Of a DNA stretch of 64,000 bases, positions 1-12,298 are shown one piece after another. This DNA comes from Eledone cirrhosa (taxonomy: Eukaryota). The notes under the pieces are model-generated. The model worked only from the letters and a program-made list of their open reading frames with translations. It did not search any database and was not told the origin of the DNA. The position numbers and the translations under genes were made by a program. The first letter of the stretch is position 1, and every line of letters starts with the position of its first letter. The DNA lies in assembly GCA_964016885.1 (NCBI GenBank), contig OZ024742.1, positions 50,654,001-50,718,000 on the forward strand, read 5' to 3'.

Positions 1-745
1 GAAAGAATCCCAAAAGGCGGAGGGGGAGATAGTCACGCGATATAACGGTCGAGAAACAGAGCTAAGCCTCGTAGTCGATGAATTTAGGAGCAGTTTAGGT
101 ATGATACATTTTATTACTAATTATATCTAAATGTTTCTTCTCTCTTCATAATGTATTTTTAACTCTGATACTGGTTCAGTCTGGTTCAACTGAATTGGTC
201 TGTCCCAGTCATTCATTGAGCAACATCGGTGAAGTTGGCACCCTTAACTCACAGTTGGGTGCGGATGCATTCATGTATATATGTGTGTGTCCGCATGTAT
301 CTGTGTGTTTCTAAATATATTGTTAATAACTCCCTCTGGTCGAGCAATCTTTGAAGTGTGGGGACAGCTGGAAAGCTTCCATTACTCATACTTCTCGCCT
401 TCTTCACCACCTCTTCTGCGGCCTCGATATAAATACCCCCTCCGCCTCCGTGGTATTTTCTTCGGGGTTATAAGAGTCTTAGCTCTGTTTCTCGACCGTT
501 ATATCGCGTGACTATCTCCCCCTCCGCCTTTTGGGATTCTTTCTCACGTCGTGTAGACGCGTTCTTGAGACTAGTAAAATGAGGTATCCTCTTGATAAGT
601 CGGCAGACCTCGCAAGGACTCTATATCTTTATGATATATTGTTTTTGTTTATGCCACGAAACTACGTAGTCGAGGAATTTAGGAGCAGTTCAGGTATAAT
701 ACATTTTTTTACTAATTATATATAAATGTTTCTTCTCTCTTCATA

Positions 746-750
<5 letters not shown>
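1..750. mobile_element. Rearranged PLE pLTR-type remnant (inverted and direct internal duplication) carrying a hammerhead motif
   Basis: 1-66 is the reverse complement of 478-543. About 70-155 directly repeats about 665-750. HHR at 587-676. Ends in (TA)n. Confidence 0.65.
587..676 (+). ncRNA. Type I hammerhead ribozyme motif, U3-A8 core variant
   Basis: Stem I TCCTC/GAGGA, core TTGATAA, stem II GT(C)GGCA...TGCCAC, GAAA, palindromic CTACGTAG, GTC cleavage triplet. Confidence 0.65.
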
Positions 751-793
<43 letters not shown>

Positions 794-1129
794 CATTTAA
801 ATGTTTATAAATTTCCTGTTGGTTGGTTCCAAAACCGGACGGTTGTTCATATATTGTCAAAGTTCTTCCGTCACTCATTCTGTGACCTCTTCAGTGACTG
901 GGGATTCTTTTCTTTGTATTGTGCCTTCCCCTTGTTCTGTCCTACGCCATCTTGTTTTTGTGTGTTGTGTGCTTAGTTTGTGTATGTGTTACATCTGGGT
1001 GTCTGTATGTGTGTTTATATGTTTATTTATTTGTTTATGTATATGTTAGTAGTTAGTTGTTTGTTCTATGTGTGTGTGTTTTCATTTTGTGATGTTGCTA
1101 TTCCATTCATGTTTTCTATTTAATTCGGT

Positions 1130-4100
1130 TGGAGTTCATTTATGTTTATTGCCTCTGTGATTTGTCTAAACATTGCGTCTTTTCTGTGTGTAGATTCTAT
1201 TTTATTTCTATGTTCTCTAATTTGCCCTTATGTTCTATTTTAGCATGTTGGTGGAGTACTGATGAATCTTTTCTATCTTGGAGTTTTCGCCAGTGTTCAT
1301 TTAATTGTTCTACTATGATACGAGCTGTCTCACCTATGTACATTATATTCTTATCGTTACATTGTCCCTCAGTACATCATATGCTATATACTATGTTTCT
1401 AGGTTTACAGTTAATATGGGGGCTTATTTTACAGATTATGCATTTCCTATCTATACAGGGAGGTCTTTCAAAAGGGTATATATTACTTATAAGTGTTTTT
1501 ATGGAGGTACGTGCTTTTTCGACTATCTTAATATTTAGTTTAAGTTTATGTAGGGCCCTTCTAAATTTGTAAGCTAGTTCACATCTAGGGGTTGTATTGA
1601 TGAACATTACACTCTGGTATTTATTGTTATAATACCATGAGTTTATTTTATTAATCTTATTTCTAGTTCTTTCTATTCCAAAATTTGCTCCTATACAAGG
1701 CGCAGGTCCCATCTGTATCATGTTTTACCATTTTTTCCCATTTGGTTCTGGCTCCTCTATATACTCTGATTTTATCTCTCTGGTTGTAATCGGATGAAGT
1801 GTTGTATGTGTCTCTCCAGTTCTTTGTGGTTGCACATGCAGGACGCGTTCCTCATCATCCTTACTAAATCCGCAATCAGGATGTTGATTTTGGTGTGATC
1901 CGAAACAGCTGAGTTTCGGTAGATCAGGTATTTGGAAGTCATGGGTTTGGCATAATGGAAATGTGGGATTTGTTTTTTTATTATTAATTTTTCTACTTTA
2001 GGCACAAGGCCAGCAATTACCCAGTTCATTACTGGTACTTTATTTTATCGACCCCGTAAGGATGAAAGGCAAAGTCAACCCCGGCGGGATTAGAACTCAA
2101 ATCGGAAAGAGATTTAATTATGCTCGAAAGCATGGCGTCCGATCCTCTACCGATACTGCCAATCCAATTAATGGTTTCTAACCAGAGCTCTGTGTCTAGT
2201 ACAGGTAATCGATGGTTGGGGTGTTTTCTTGGGTAGGCTATAGTAACTTTGATACTCTGGTGGATAGATTTAGCTATTTGCTGAATGCTTTCCATGGTAT
2301 TTTTCTCTATTTCCTGACTGTTCTCTAGTGCGGGTGTTTTTACTACGATGTTTATATCATCAACGTAGCGGGAGTACATAATCAGGGTTAAGAGATTGTT
2401 GTCTTCTAATAGTTATTTAAGTTTATTGTCCCACCATACCATAAATAGGTTAGCTATGTCACCTGCAATGCTAACGCCAATGGCTGCTCCTTCCTCTTGG
2501 TCATATGTTTTTCCATTGAATTTGAACATATGTTCCTTAAGGGTTAATTTATACTGGCCCCCACCGCATGTGCAATCATTTTATTTAGTTCATCATGTTT
2601 GTCGGGGGTCCGTATGGCTCTGGCCCAACCGTTCCATCTTTCTGTGTGGGTTTTATTGGCCATTAGATGGTTTCCTCTTGCTGGCCTTGTGAGGCAGAGG
2701 CTGCTAAGGTCATACGTATCTAGGTAATCATTATTATATGTGGGATTAAGTGGGAGTCCCAGCTCACTGGTATTAATCCCATGGAATTCAGCATTGCTCT
2801 CAGTGATCATTTCAACGCATTTCTCCACAGCAAAATCCACGTCAATGGATGGGTATAGGCACACTACATCCATACTACCTATTATACAGTCTGTTAGGTC
2901 CCTAGACAGGTAATTTTTGTTGTTATGCTGAGGAGTTCCTCCGGGGACATTGCAATGGGGGCGTACGATCAGGGAGAGGAAGTAGGATAGTCTGTAGTTG
3001 CTAGCAATGTTATCTCCACAGACTGGCCGTGTTGGCGGTCCTGTGACTGAGTCACTGTTCGTCTTATGGTCTTTTCGAAACCCATACAACGCTGGCACGT
3101 CATTGTTCCAGGCTTTGAAGTTATTGGCAGTACGTTTATTGGGCTGCATTATGTTTGTCCACATCATCATATGATCGTTGAGGGTTTTCTCCCTATCCTC
3201 ATGTTCTTGTGGTGTTACTTCTCTTGTGTTAGTGATGTGGGTTTGCATTGCCTGGATGTAGTTTGACAGACTGTCAACCGACATTCTGCCAGACTTGTCT
3301 TTTGGAAAGCATGCAATATCTCCATTACGTGAGCGCTACATGAGCTTACGCAAGCCATTTGCGGATTGTTCTCCCAGTTGCTGGACCTCCATTCTATTTT
3401 ATTTCTTGCTATACTTTTCTATAATATTTCTAAGTTTAGATCTAGCTATATTAAATTGTGCTTCTGTTTGTTCATCGACCTGCGACGGCAATTGCGTGCG
3501 TTTGTTAAAAGCTAAAGTCGTTGTGTGGACTCGTCGTAAGTCGAAGAACATATCAGAATTCCATGTTGTGGTGCGTGTTCTATTGCTATTGTTAGTTATG
3601 TTGTTGTTTCTATTTCTATTTCTACCATCAGCCTCACGGTTGTTTCTATGTCTATGATTGTTACTCCTGTCCATTCCCTCTGGCTCATTGTTATTATCTA
3701 ATCTATTTTGTATGTATGGGTGTTCGTCCTGGTTATTTTCCCTGTCCTTGTCATTAGGCCCTCTACATCTCTCATAGTTATTACGGTCCCTCACATATGT
3801 GTTACTGTCATTATCTGTTTTCTGCGTCTGTGTGTCTGTTAATGTTGTCGTGGTGGTTAGAGGCATAGGATGTGTGTGTGCGTTATTGTTGTTGATGAGT
3901 GTTGTTGTTGTTGTTGATGAGTGCTGTTATTGTGTGTATTGTTGTTTTATCGTTGTTTGTTTCTGTGTGTCTGTTGTTGTTGGGATGTGTATTGTGCGTG
4001 TGTGCGTGTGTTGTCCGTGTTGTTATTATTGTTTGTGTTTTTGTTGTTGTTTTTGAGGTTCCAACGTAATTTTGTAAATGGTTTTTCTATTTCTGACAAG

Positions 4101-4790
4101 CATCTTATCATGTTTATCTTATTATATGTGGCATATTTAGGTGGTATCTATAGGATGGATAATTCATCAGAGTCCACTGTAGTGTTGCCGTATATATATG
4201 TGTTGTTGTTGTTAAATTCGTCTGTTAATGAGACGTCGGCCATCGTTTATACCATCAATCCTATCTGGATATTTATCTCTATTCTCTGAAGATTCTTGGT
4301 TTAGATTTATCTGTTTGAGCCAGAGGTAATTTCTTGTTAAAGTGTTTGTTGGATTCTTGGATGATGTATTTTTCTTCTTCGTATATAATGTTTATGTATT
4401 CTAATTTTTCTTTTGGTGTGGTGATCTTAGTTATTTCTTGTATTAGGTTACGCTTTTGTTTTACTTGATGAATTCATTCTCTGTAAATCTTCTTTTTTTT
4501 TGTTTAGATTTAGTGTTCGCTTTAGCCTATTTGCTTGTTTGTTGGTAAGTTGTAATCTTCTTACATCGGTGTTGATGGTTTTGTTGTAAACTCGGGAGGC
4601 ACATTCTTTTATGAAGTGTAGTTGCGAAATGTTATTGTTTTCCTTAGACAACAGAACATGGTGGTTTTCAGTATCTTGTTAGCCGTGTTAAGGCTTACGA
4701 TATTTAGTCTCTGAATTTGTTTAGCAAGATACTTTATATAAAAAACGTGTGTTGAAATCGATATTGTTATACTTGGGAAGGGTGTTGTTG
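1130..4790 (-). pseudogene. Disrupted PLE reverse transcriptase-GIY-YIG endonuclease ORF with long low-complexity N-terminal region
   Basis: Motifs in order: DKSGR, LYGFRKDHK, RPVCG, GSMDVVCLYPSI, QEEGAAIG, RYVDD, LPVLD, CxxxxCxxC, NIVYSI*C...YIGET. Stops, frameshifts and a SINE insertion disrupt it. Confidence 0.85.
1989..2166 (-). mobile_element. tRNA-derived SINE inserted in the PLE-1 RT region
   Basis: A-box-like TGGCAGTATCGG and B-box-like GAGTTCTAATCC on the minus strand. ATTAAT target duplication at 1983-1988 and 2167-2172. Same family at 17984, 27551, 43946 and 44081. Confidence 0.85.
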
Positions 4791-5262
4791 TCAATAAGAA
4801 ACACATGCACCAATTGATATCACTTCAATTTATTATAAATTAAATTATGAATTTAAAAAAAAAAGGTGAGGCACAAAACAAAGAAAATAATCCCAATCAC
4901 TGAAGAGGCCACATAATGTGTTATGAAATAACTTTGACAATATATGAACAACCGTCCGGTTGTGGAACCAACCAACCAACCGGAAATTTATAAATTGTTA
5001 AATTTAAAATTTAATTTATAATAAATTGAAGTGAAAGCAACTGGTGCGCGTGTTTCTTATTGTCAACATGAGCTTATCAAATATAACAATGTCAGTTTCA
5101 ACACACGTTTCAGATAAAGAATCTTGCTAAACAAATTCAGAAACAAAATATATATATATATATATTTATATATACATACATAGCGACATTCAAATACACA
5201 CATATATATATTACATATATATATTTATGTATATATATATAAATATATATATATATATACAC

Positions 5263-5630
5263 ACAAATGAATATATTATAGGGATAAACACTAATACAAT
5301 ACAAGTGTTTGTATTGCAAATGACCAAGTTAGCTAGATTGAAAAATATTAATTAAAATAATACAGTTTGCCTGTCTCGATTTAAAATAATAAATCAATAA
5401 AAACAAACCTATATTGTTGCGAAAGAAATTTAAAATTTGTAATTTAAATTTGTCCAGGTATCACGGCTATTGCCAATATAGGTTTGTTTTTATTGATTTA
5501 TTATTTTAAATCGAGACAGGCAAACTCTATTATTTTAATTAGTATTTTTCAATCTAGCTAACTTGGTCATTTGCAATACAAACACTTATATACTTGTATT
5601 AGTGTTTATCCCTATCATATATTCATTTGT
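5263..5630. repeat. Inverted-repeat element (about 155-bp arms, about 60-bp spacer) between (TA)n tracts
   Basis: 5263-5416 is the reverse complement of 5474-5630 with few mismatches. No canonical HHR seen. Confidence 0.8.
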
Positions 5631-5678
5631 ATTACACGGCTAAGAAATATCCCATTCTTTGAGCTATTTAATTGTAAA

Positions 5679-5719
<41 letters not shown>

Positions 5720-6022
5720 AGATTTGAATGGATACAGTTTAGTTGAAAGGAATTTATTGACACGTGTTTCTATAACAGTTACATAACCTAAAACAGCTGC
5801 TATCTACAAACTTTATATTACAACACAACGGAAAATACTGTATATATATATATATATATATATATATTGAGTATATATTGAGTATATATTGGTTGTATAC
5901 CAACACATCAGATTGCTGATTGAAGCACTCGACGAAGTGCGCAGGTTGGTTTTGTTACTCCGGAGTAATGTAAAAAAACTAAAATAAATAAGTCAAATAT
6001 TTAAAATTTGGCGTCGATTATT

Positions 6023-6079
6023 ACTGCTATATATATATTTCGGTTCCAGCCATCTTTGTCTGTGACCTCTTCAGGCAGT
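6023..6079 (-). ncRNA. Minimal type I hammerhead ribozyme motif
   Basis: Minus strand ACTGC-CTGAAGA-GGTCACAGAC..GGCTGGAACC-GAAA-TATATATA-TA-GCAGT. 5-bp stem I and palindromic stem III loop. Confidence 0.75.
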
Positions 6080-7187
6080 CCGAATTTGTGTGGTAGAGAC
6101 GAGTACACAGGTTGTTGAAGTGTTTGACTTTTTCAATACTCTGATATGCCCAGTTCCTGGTTGGGTTGTTATTTCACTGAGGAACTGGAATCATATGAAT
6201 TTAAACAAACGAATTTCAGCGTCAAAGGACATCTTCTCCCCCCATTGGTCAGTTGTGAGAACATTCCTCAGTCAAAAGTCTATAGGAATTCGTTCTGAGG
6301 CGAGGCAATGTGTAGTGGTTTTTCTTCTTATTGCTAAGTACATCTGACCTTACTCTTATGTTGGTAGTGGTGTTGGTGCTGGAGTCAGCTCAAAAAAATG
6401 ATAAAGTGGTAGAAGGAATAAAATGGTAAAAGTATAAAATAAAATAAGTTAATCAAATAAAATGTGTGTGTGTTATAACCAATCTCAAAGTTAGAAAGAT
6501 TTGTAAGGTCACTCCTCCCATTGGTCAGTTGTGGTGGCAGGATGGATGAGAAAACACACACAGATACTTCTAAATGTCAGCAGCAGCAAGATCATGGCTG
6601 ACCGCAGCACCAACACCACTCCAAAATAAGAGTAAAGGTCAGATGAACTTAACAATAGCAAACAACACTACAGGTAGCCTCATCCCAGAAAGAATTTCTA
6701 TAGACATTTGATTGAGGAATGCTCACACAACTGACCAATGGGAGGAGGGACCTTACAAATCTTTCTAACTTTGAGATTGGCTATAACACACACACATTTT
6801 ATTTGATTATCTTATTTTATTTGATTATCTTATTTTATTTTATTCTTTTACCGTCTTATTCATTCTACCACTTTATCAATTTTTTTAGCTGACTCCAACA
6901 CCAACACCACTACCAACATAAGAGTAGAGGTCAGGCATACTTAACAATGACAAGAACAACCACTACAGATTGTCTCGCCTCAGAACAAATTTCTATAGAC
7001 TTTTAACTGAGGAATATTCTCTCAACTGACCAATGGGAGGAGAAGATTTCCTTTGACGCTGAAATTCATATGATTCCAGTTCCTCAGTGAAATAAAAAAA
7101 CCCAACCAGGACACTGGGCATATCAGAGTATTGACAAAGTTAAACACCTCAACAACATGTGTACTCGTCTCTACCACACTAATTCGG

Positions 7188-7240
7188 ACTGCCTGAAGAG
7201 GTCACAGCCAAAGATGGCTGTCACCGAAATATATATAGCA
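7188..7240 (+). ncRNA. Minimal type I hammerhead ribozyme motif
   Basis: ACTGC-CTGAAGA-GGTCACAGCCA AAGA TGGCTGTCACC-GAAA-TATATA-TA-GCA. Confidence 0.75.
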
Positions 7241-7322
7241 TATATATATAGCATATATATATAAACGAAGCCAAATTTTAAATATTTGACTTATTTATTT
7301 TAGTATATATATATTTATATTC

Positions 7323-7353
<31 letters not shown>

Positions 7354-7391
7354 AGTGTGTATGTGTGTGTGTGTGTGTGTCAATGTGTGTG

Positions 7392-7622
7392 TGTATTGTT
7401 TTCCTAGATTACGACGCCCCCGTGGCGAGAATGGGCTGGACCACTACATATAAATAGTAGCGGCCTGAGTAAGTGTGCAAGTAAGTACTAGTTACACAGT
7501 CCGAGTTAGCTTGTTGGTTCTTAAAACATTGTTGTCCCGTTACGTGTGATTATTGCCGTTTGTTTCGATTATATTGTTATTATACTGTTGTAGTGTATTC
7601 GTTTATCCTTCAGAACATAACA
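7392..7622 (+). mobile_element. Possible solo LTR
   Basis: About 230-bp island beginning TGT and ending CATAACA, with TATAAATAG near 7450. It lies within (TG)/(CA) microsatellite and no TSD can be resolved. Confidence 0.3.
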
Positions 7623-7915
7623 CGCACACAAACAGACTCACACACACACACAAACACACATATCTATATATACATATGCCCATATATATATATATATATA
7701 TATATTTCGTTTCTAAATTTGTTTAGCAATATACTTTATCTGAAATCGTGTGTTGAAACCGATATTGTTATACTTTGGGAGGGTCATGTTGCCAATAAGA
7801 AACACACGTACCAATCGCTTTCACTTCAATTTATTATAATAAATTTATAAATTTAGGAATTTATAAATTTCTGGTTGGTTGGTTGGTTCCACAACCAGAT
7901 AGTTGTTTATATATT

Positions 7916-7958
7916 GTCAAAGTTCTTTCGTCACACATACTGTGACCTCTTCAGTGAC
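7916..7958 (-). ncRNA. Minimal type I hammerhead ribozyme motif
   Basis: Minus strand GTCA-CTGAAGA-G-GTCACA GTATG TGTGAC-GAAA-GAAC-TT-TGAC. Confidence 0.75.
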
Positions 7959-8331
7959 TGGGGATTCTTTTCTTTGTTTTTGTGTCTCTCCTTTGTTCTG
8001 TCCTACGCCATTTTGTTTCTGTGTGTGTGTTGTGTGCTCAGACAAATCACAGAGGCAATAAACAAAAGAATTACAACCAAAATTAAATAGAAAATATGAG
8101 TGGAACTGCAACATCACAACTTACAATTAAGGACAAAAGGAAAACACACACACACATAGAACAAACAACCAACCGGTAACATGTAAATAAACAAATAAAT
8201 AAACAAATATAAACACATACAGACACCCGGATGTGGCGCATGCGCAGACTGAGCACACAACACACACACAGAAACAAAATGGCGTAGGACAGAACAAAGG
8301 AGAGACACAAAAACAAAGAAAAGAATCCCCA

Positions 8332-8374
8332 GTCACTGAAGAGGTCAGATAATGTGTGACGAAATAACTTTGAC
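8332..8374 (+). ncRNA. Minimal type I hammerhead ribozyme motif
   Basis: GTCA-CTGAAGA-G-GTCA..TGAC-GAAA-TAAC-TT-TGAC. Confidence 0.7.
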
Positions 8375-8511
8375 AACATATAAACAACTATCTGGTTGTG
8401 GAACCAACCAACCAACCAGAAATTTATAAATTTATTATAATAAATTGAAGTGAAAGTTATTGGTGCGTGTGTTTCTTATTGGCAACATGACCCTCCCGAA
8501 GTATAACAATA

Positions 8512-8573
<62 letters not shown>

Positions 8574-9560
8574 CCAAGCATAGTTTATGAGCAAATCGCT
8601 GGTGTCGGTGTAATAGAATAACAACCTCAAATGTGTTTTTTCTTGCGTTTCCTTAGTCTAACCACTGAAACCGATAAAAGCCAAAGATAACATACTAAAA
8701 TCGATAATAATTATTCTGTGCATCACCCAGTGTTATTAAATAAGCATAAATAAATGGGGTGTGCAGACGTGTAAGGGCTTATACAACAAATGCAATGAAC
8801 CAAATATTCATAAGATTCCACAAGTTATACGTTAACTCATACATCATTGGTCTGTAAATTAATTACAATTTAACCTTAAAATCAGTAGTCCTGATAAAGT
8901 TAGATTTGAATATATTTACATATGTTTTCAAGGAATACAGAATAAGAAATCTATGTAGACAGAGAATTTACATGAGTATAAATCTGTTTCTGTAACAGAC
9001 GATAAATAGTTACACGTAACAATCAATATTTGCGGGATAACTTTGAAAATGTGTAAATTCTCACGTGTGGAAATTTGAAATAAATTACTTTGTGATACGA
9101 CAGTATTACTGTAAATATAATGAGGTATTGACTTCAAATTTCCTTTCATAAAACAACATTTTACTTAATGTTTCGATACTCTATTGAAATAAGACAATCC
9201 TGGTATCTCGACCTGTGGGAGTATTCAATAACTATAACGTTGTGAATATTACATTCTCTGGCAATGCCTGTATAGACTTGACAAAATATTTCTAATCATA
9301 AATTATTAAATATATATATCAATGTGTATTTACAATTTATGTTTCAGTCCCATATTAAAAAGGAGGATTGATTTAATACTCCTTTCTGTTAATACCAATG
9401 TTAAATTAACTTTTGCAATTTACTGAACGATGAATTGATAGTTTGATGGATAAACAGATACACATACACGCACACACATACACATACTCATACGCACACA
9501 CGCACACACACATACACACACTGCACACATACATGTATATATATATATATATATACATAC

Positions 9561-9665
<105 letters not shown>

Positions 9666-9677
9666 TATATATATACA

Positions 9678-9920
9678 TATAAGGAAAAAAGATGAAATCG
9701 AAAATGCAACTGGAGTCTTTTTAAGAATATTTATTTGTTTCCTTGACCGGTTTCACAGTTCTTGTACTTTTGAAAAGCATAAGAACTGTGAAACCAGTAA
9801 AGGAAACAAATAAATATTATTAAAAAGATTCCAGTTGCATTTTCGAATTCATCTTTTTTTCTTATACTTTCACTCGTGTAGGGCATATCGTTTCTTTTCA
9901 TTATACAATACCCTCATTTT

Positions 9921-9921
<1 letters not shown>
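9678..9921. mobile_element. Fold-back palindrome (9678-9866) made of two half-hammerheads plus flanking pLTR sequence
   Basis: About 90-bp arms. Each reads AAGAACTGT-GAAA-CC(G/A)G-T(C/A)-AAGG outward. Same family at 27160-27378. Confidence 0.7.
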
Positions 9922-9966
<45 letters not shown>

Positions 9967-11670
9967 CTTCGGGAAAATGATTGTATTTAATGTATTAGAC
10001 ATCAAAATGATAAGAACGGGCAGGATTTCATCTTACTGGATCTTACCTATTGAGAAGAGTTTGCTCAAGCCTGTAAGCTCAGAGGATATAAAAAATGCAC
10101 ACATAGAAAGCATACGACTAAAAGAAATTTAAATAAGGAAATTCAACGGTGCCAACCAATTGCTTGCATTTATATAATTCTGATAAGCACTGGTGTATTA
10201 AATGACGAACGCAGAAAAATTGCATAGACCTGTTATTTGTTCCTTAGCTAGATTAAGAAAACCAAAACCCAAAGAATGTTTTGACTCACAAGTTGAGAGG
10301 AGACAATTTCCGAAATAATTATCTAATATTTGCAACCTCCGTTTAATACAGGTACCTATATTAAGTAAAATAATGTTAATAATCAACTTGATTTATATAT
10401 CTAATCACTGAAAACATATATTGTCAAATTTTTCAAATTGATGTTTTTCCTTGTAAACATAACATGATCAAACAAAGTTTAAAAAAAAAAAAAATGATAA
10501 TCTGATGAAAGTTAATAAGACTGGAACATGACAGTAATTACACATAACTTTAAAACAAATTATACGTTTAAGATGAGAAGAAAAATTAAATAGTGCATGA
10601 ATTATCTTTGTTTGTAAGTCACTACCAGCTCTTTTTATTTTTGAAGTCTCAAATCTTTGACATTTGAAAAGTAAAGAAATGAATGCTGCAGGCGAATTTA
10701 AGTAATTTACCTTAATTCAATGTAGATATTATTATATTTATCACTTTGATGTGAGGATGTATTATTTGAAGAAGTTGCATCTCACAATGGAAAAAAAAGC
10801 ATTGTGTTTTCTTCAAGATATGTAAAGGAGCAAATAAATGATACATTGCAAGTATATATATTTCTCTAAAAATATTTAAGCTAATAAATTATATGGCTGA
10901 AATTATTAATGCTCTATCTTCATTATTTATCAGCCACATATTTCTTTCCTTTATAGATTCATTCTACTCATATTGCATTCATTTATACAATATCAGTTAA
11001 GCGTAAGATGAGATTGAAGTAGCAGTAAAGAATTAAAGGAAACACATTTATCTGATCTTGATACATTCGTCTACATTCTGATCCAGTGCACCTTAGTTTG
11101 TCATCACTCGAACCACTATGCAAAATATATCAAATGAATTGTTTATTATCTATACTATAATACTACGTCCCTCTAGAATATGAAGACATGGCGATGTATG
11201 AAATAGTCAGAGAATTCATGTATTCAACAATTCCAATATTTATTTATCAAGGGAATAATTATTTTATTAAGATTTTGGATTCGTTATATACATCATCCCC
11301 AAGGTTTCCAAATATGAATTGGATGTAAATACAATAACACCTTGGAAAGCACCTTTTATGAATATTTGGATACTGCATTCAAACTTTTCGATCATCAAGT
11401 GATTTACTTCAAGGGAATAGTTTACACCGGTTATGGCGCAAAAAAATCAATCAATATTTTCATATGGGAGGAATTTCTATAATTGTCTCACGCGGAAAAT
11501 AAAATAATATAAAGAGAGACAATACGCAGAATTAGCAAACAATTCAATATTAAATATAATTTGCTTCAAATGTCCTCTAGCGAGGATTCGTCCAGCCGCA
11601 TATATAAAATGAAAAGAATATGCCAATAGACAAACTCAGATTAACACACAAGAATACATAAACGCGTTAA

Positions 11671-11718
<48 letters not shown>

Positions 11719-11725
11719 GCACACC

Positions 11726-11774
<49 letters not shown>

Positions 11775-11877
11775 GCACCACCCCGTTTGTAAATTTGTAT
11801 GCTGGAATGCACAAACACACATACGTACATATATATGTTTGTATATATATGTGTGTATATACACACACACACACACG

Positions 11878-11935
<58 letters not shown>

Positions 11936-12263
11936 CAAACATACACAATATATTTTATAGGTGTGTAAGTGTGGGTGTAGGTGTATATATGTGTGGTCAT
12001 ATGCAACTATGTGCATTCGTATGCAATTATATATACATGATTTATATATCTTTATATTATTTTATGATTTAATCGGAACATTGTTGAGGCGTACCAAATA
12101 TAGATATATTGTGAAATGTGGAAAGTGATTTCGTCGAACATTCTTCAATAGAATGTATTTTCCATTTAATCTGTATTTTTCGTATATCCTGTTTAATTTG
12201 TGTTTACTTCCCCGCCCCCTAATTCCCAAAGAGATATAGTCAGATTACCGTGTGTATATGTGC

Positions 12264-12298
<35 letters not shown>

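Larger units (their letters stand above)
790..5140 (-). mobile_element. Penelope-like retroelement (PLE-1), near full length, with 3' pLTR (about 790-1170) and an inverted pLTR copy at its 5' end (about 4865-5140)
   Basis: Decayed RT plus GIY-YIG ORF. HHR remnants at 856-898 (-) and about 4897-4938 (+). 4715-4850 is inverted relative to 5005-5140. Confidence 0.85.
5978..7304. mobile_element. Large inverted-repeat element (about 550-bp arms) with an outward-facing HHR in each arm
   Basis: About 5978-6530 versus about 6730-7304 inverted. HHRs at 6023-6079 (-) and 7188-7240 (+). Confidence 0.8.
7713..8512. mobile_element. Head-to-head pair of PLE-1-family pLTRs without internal ORF
   Basis: Both arms match 790-1170 and 4715-4850. 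HHRs at 7916-7958 (-) and 8332-8374 (+). Flanked by (TA)n. Confidence 0.85.

Noticed and set aside
1377-1379. TGA just before the Cys in PLE-1 NIVYSI*C as possible selenocysteine
   Set aside because: It sits one codon before the Cys, not at it, and is best explained as nonsense decay (for example TGG to TGA) in a heavily mutated copy.
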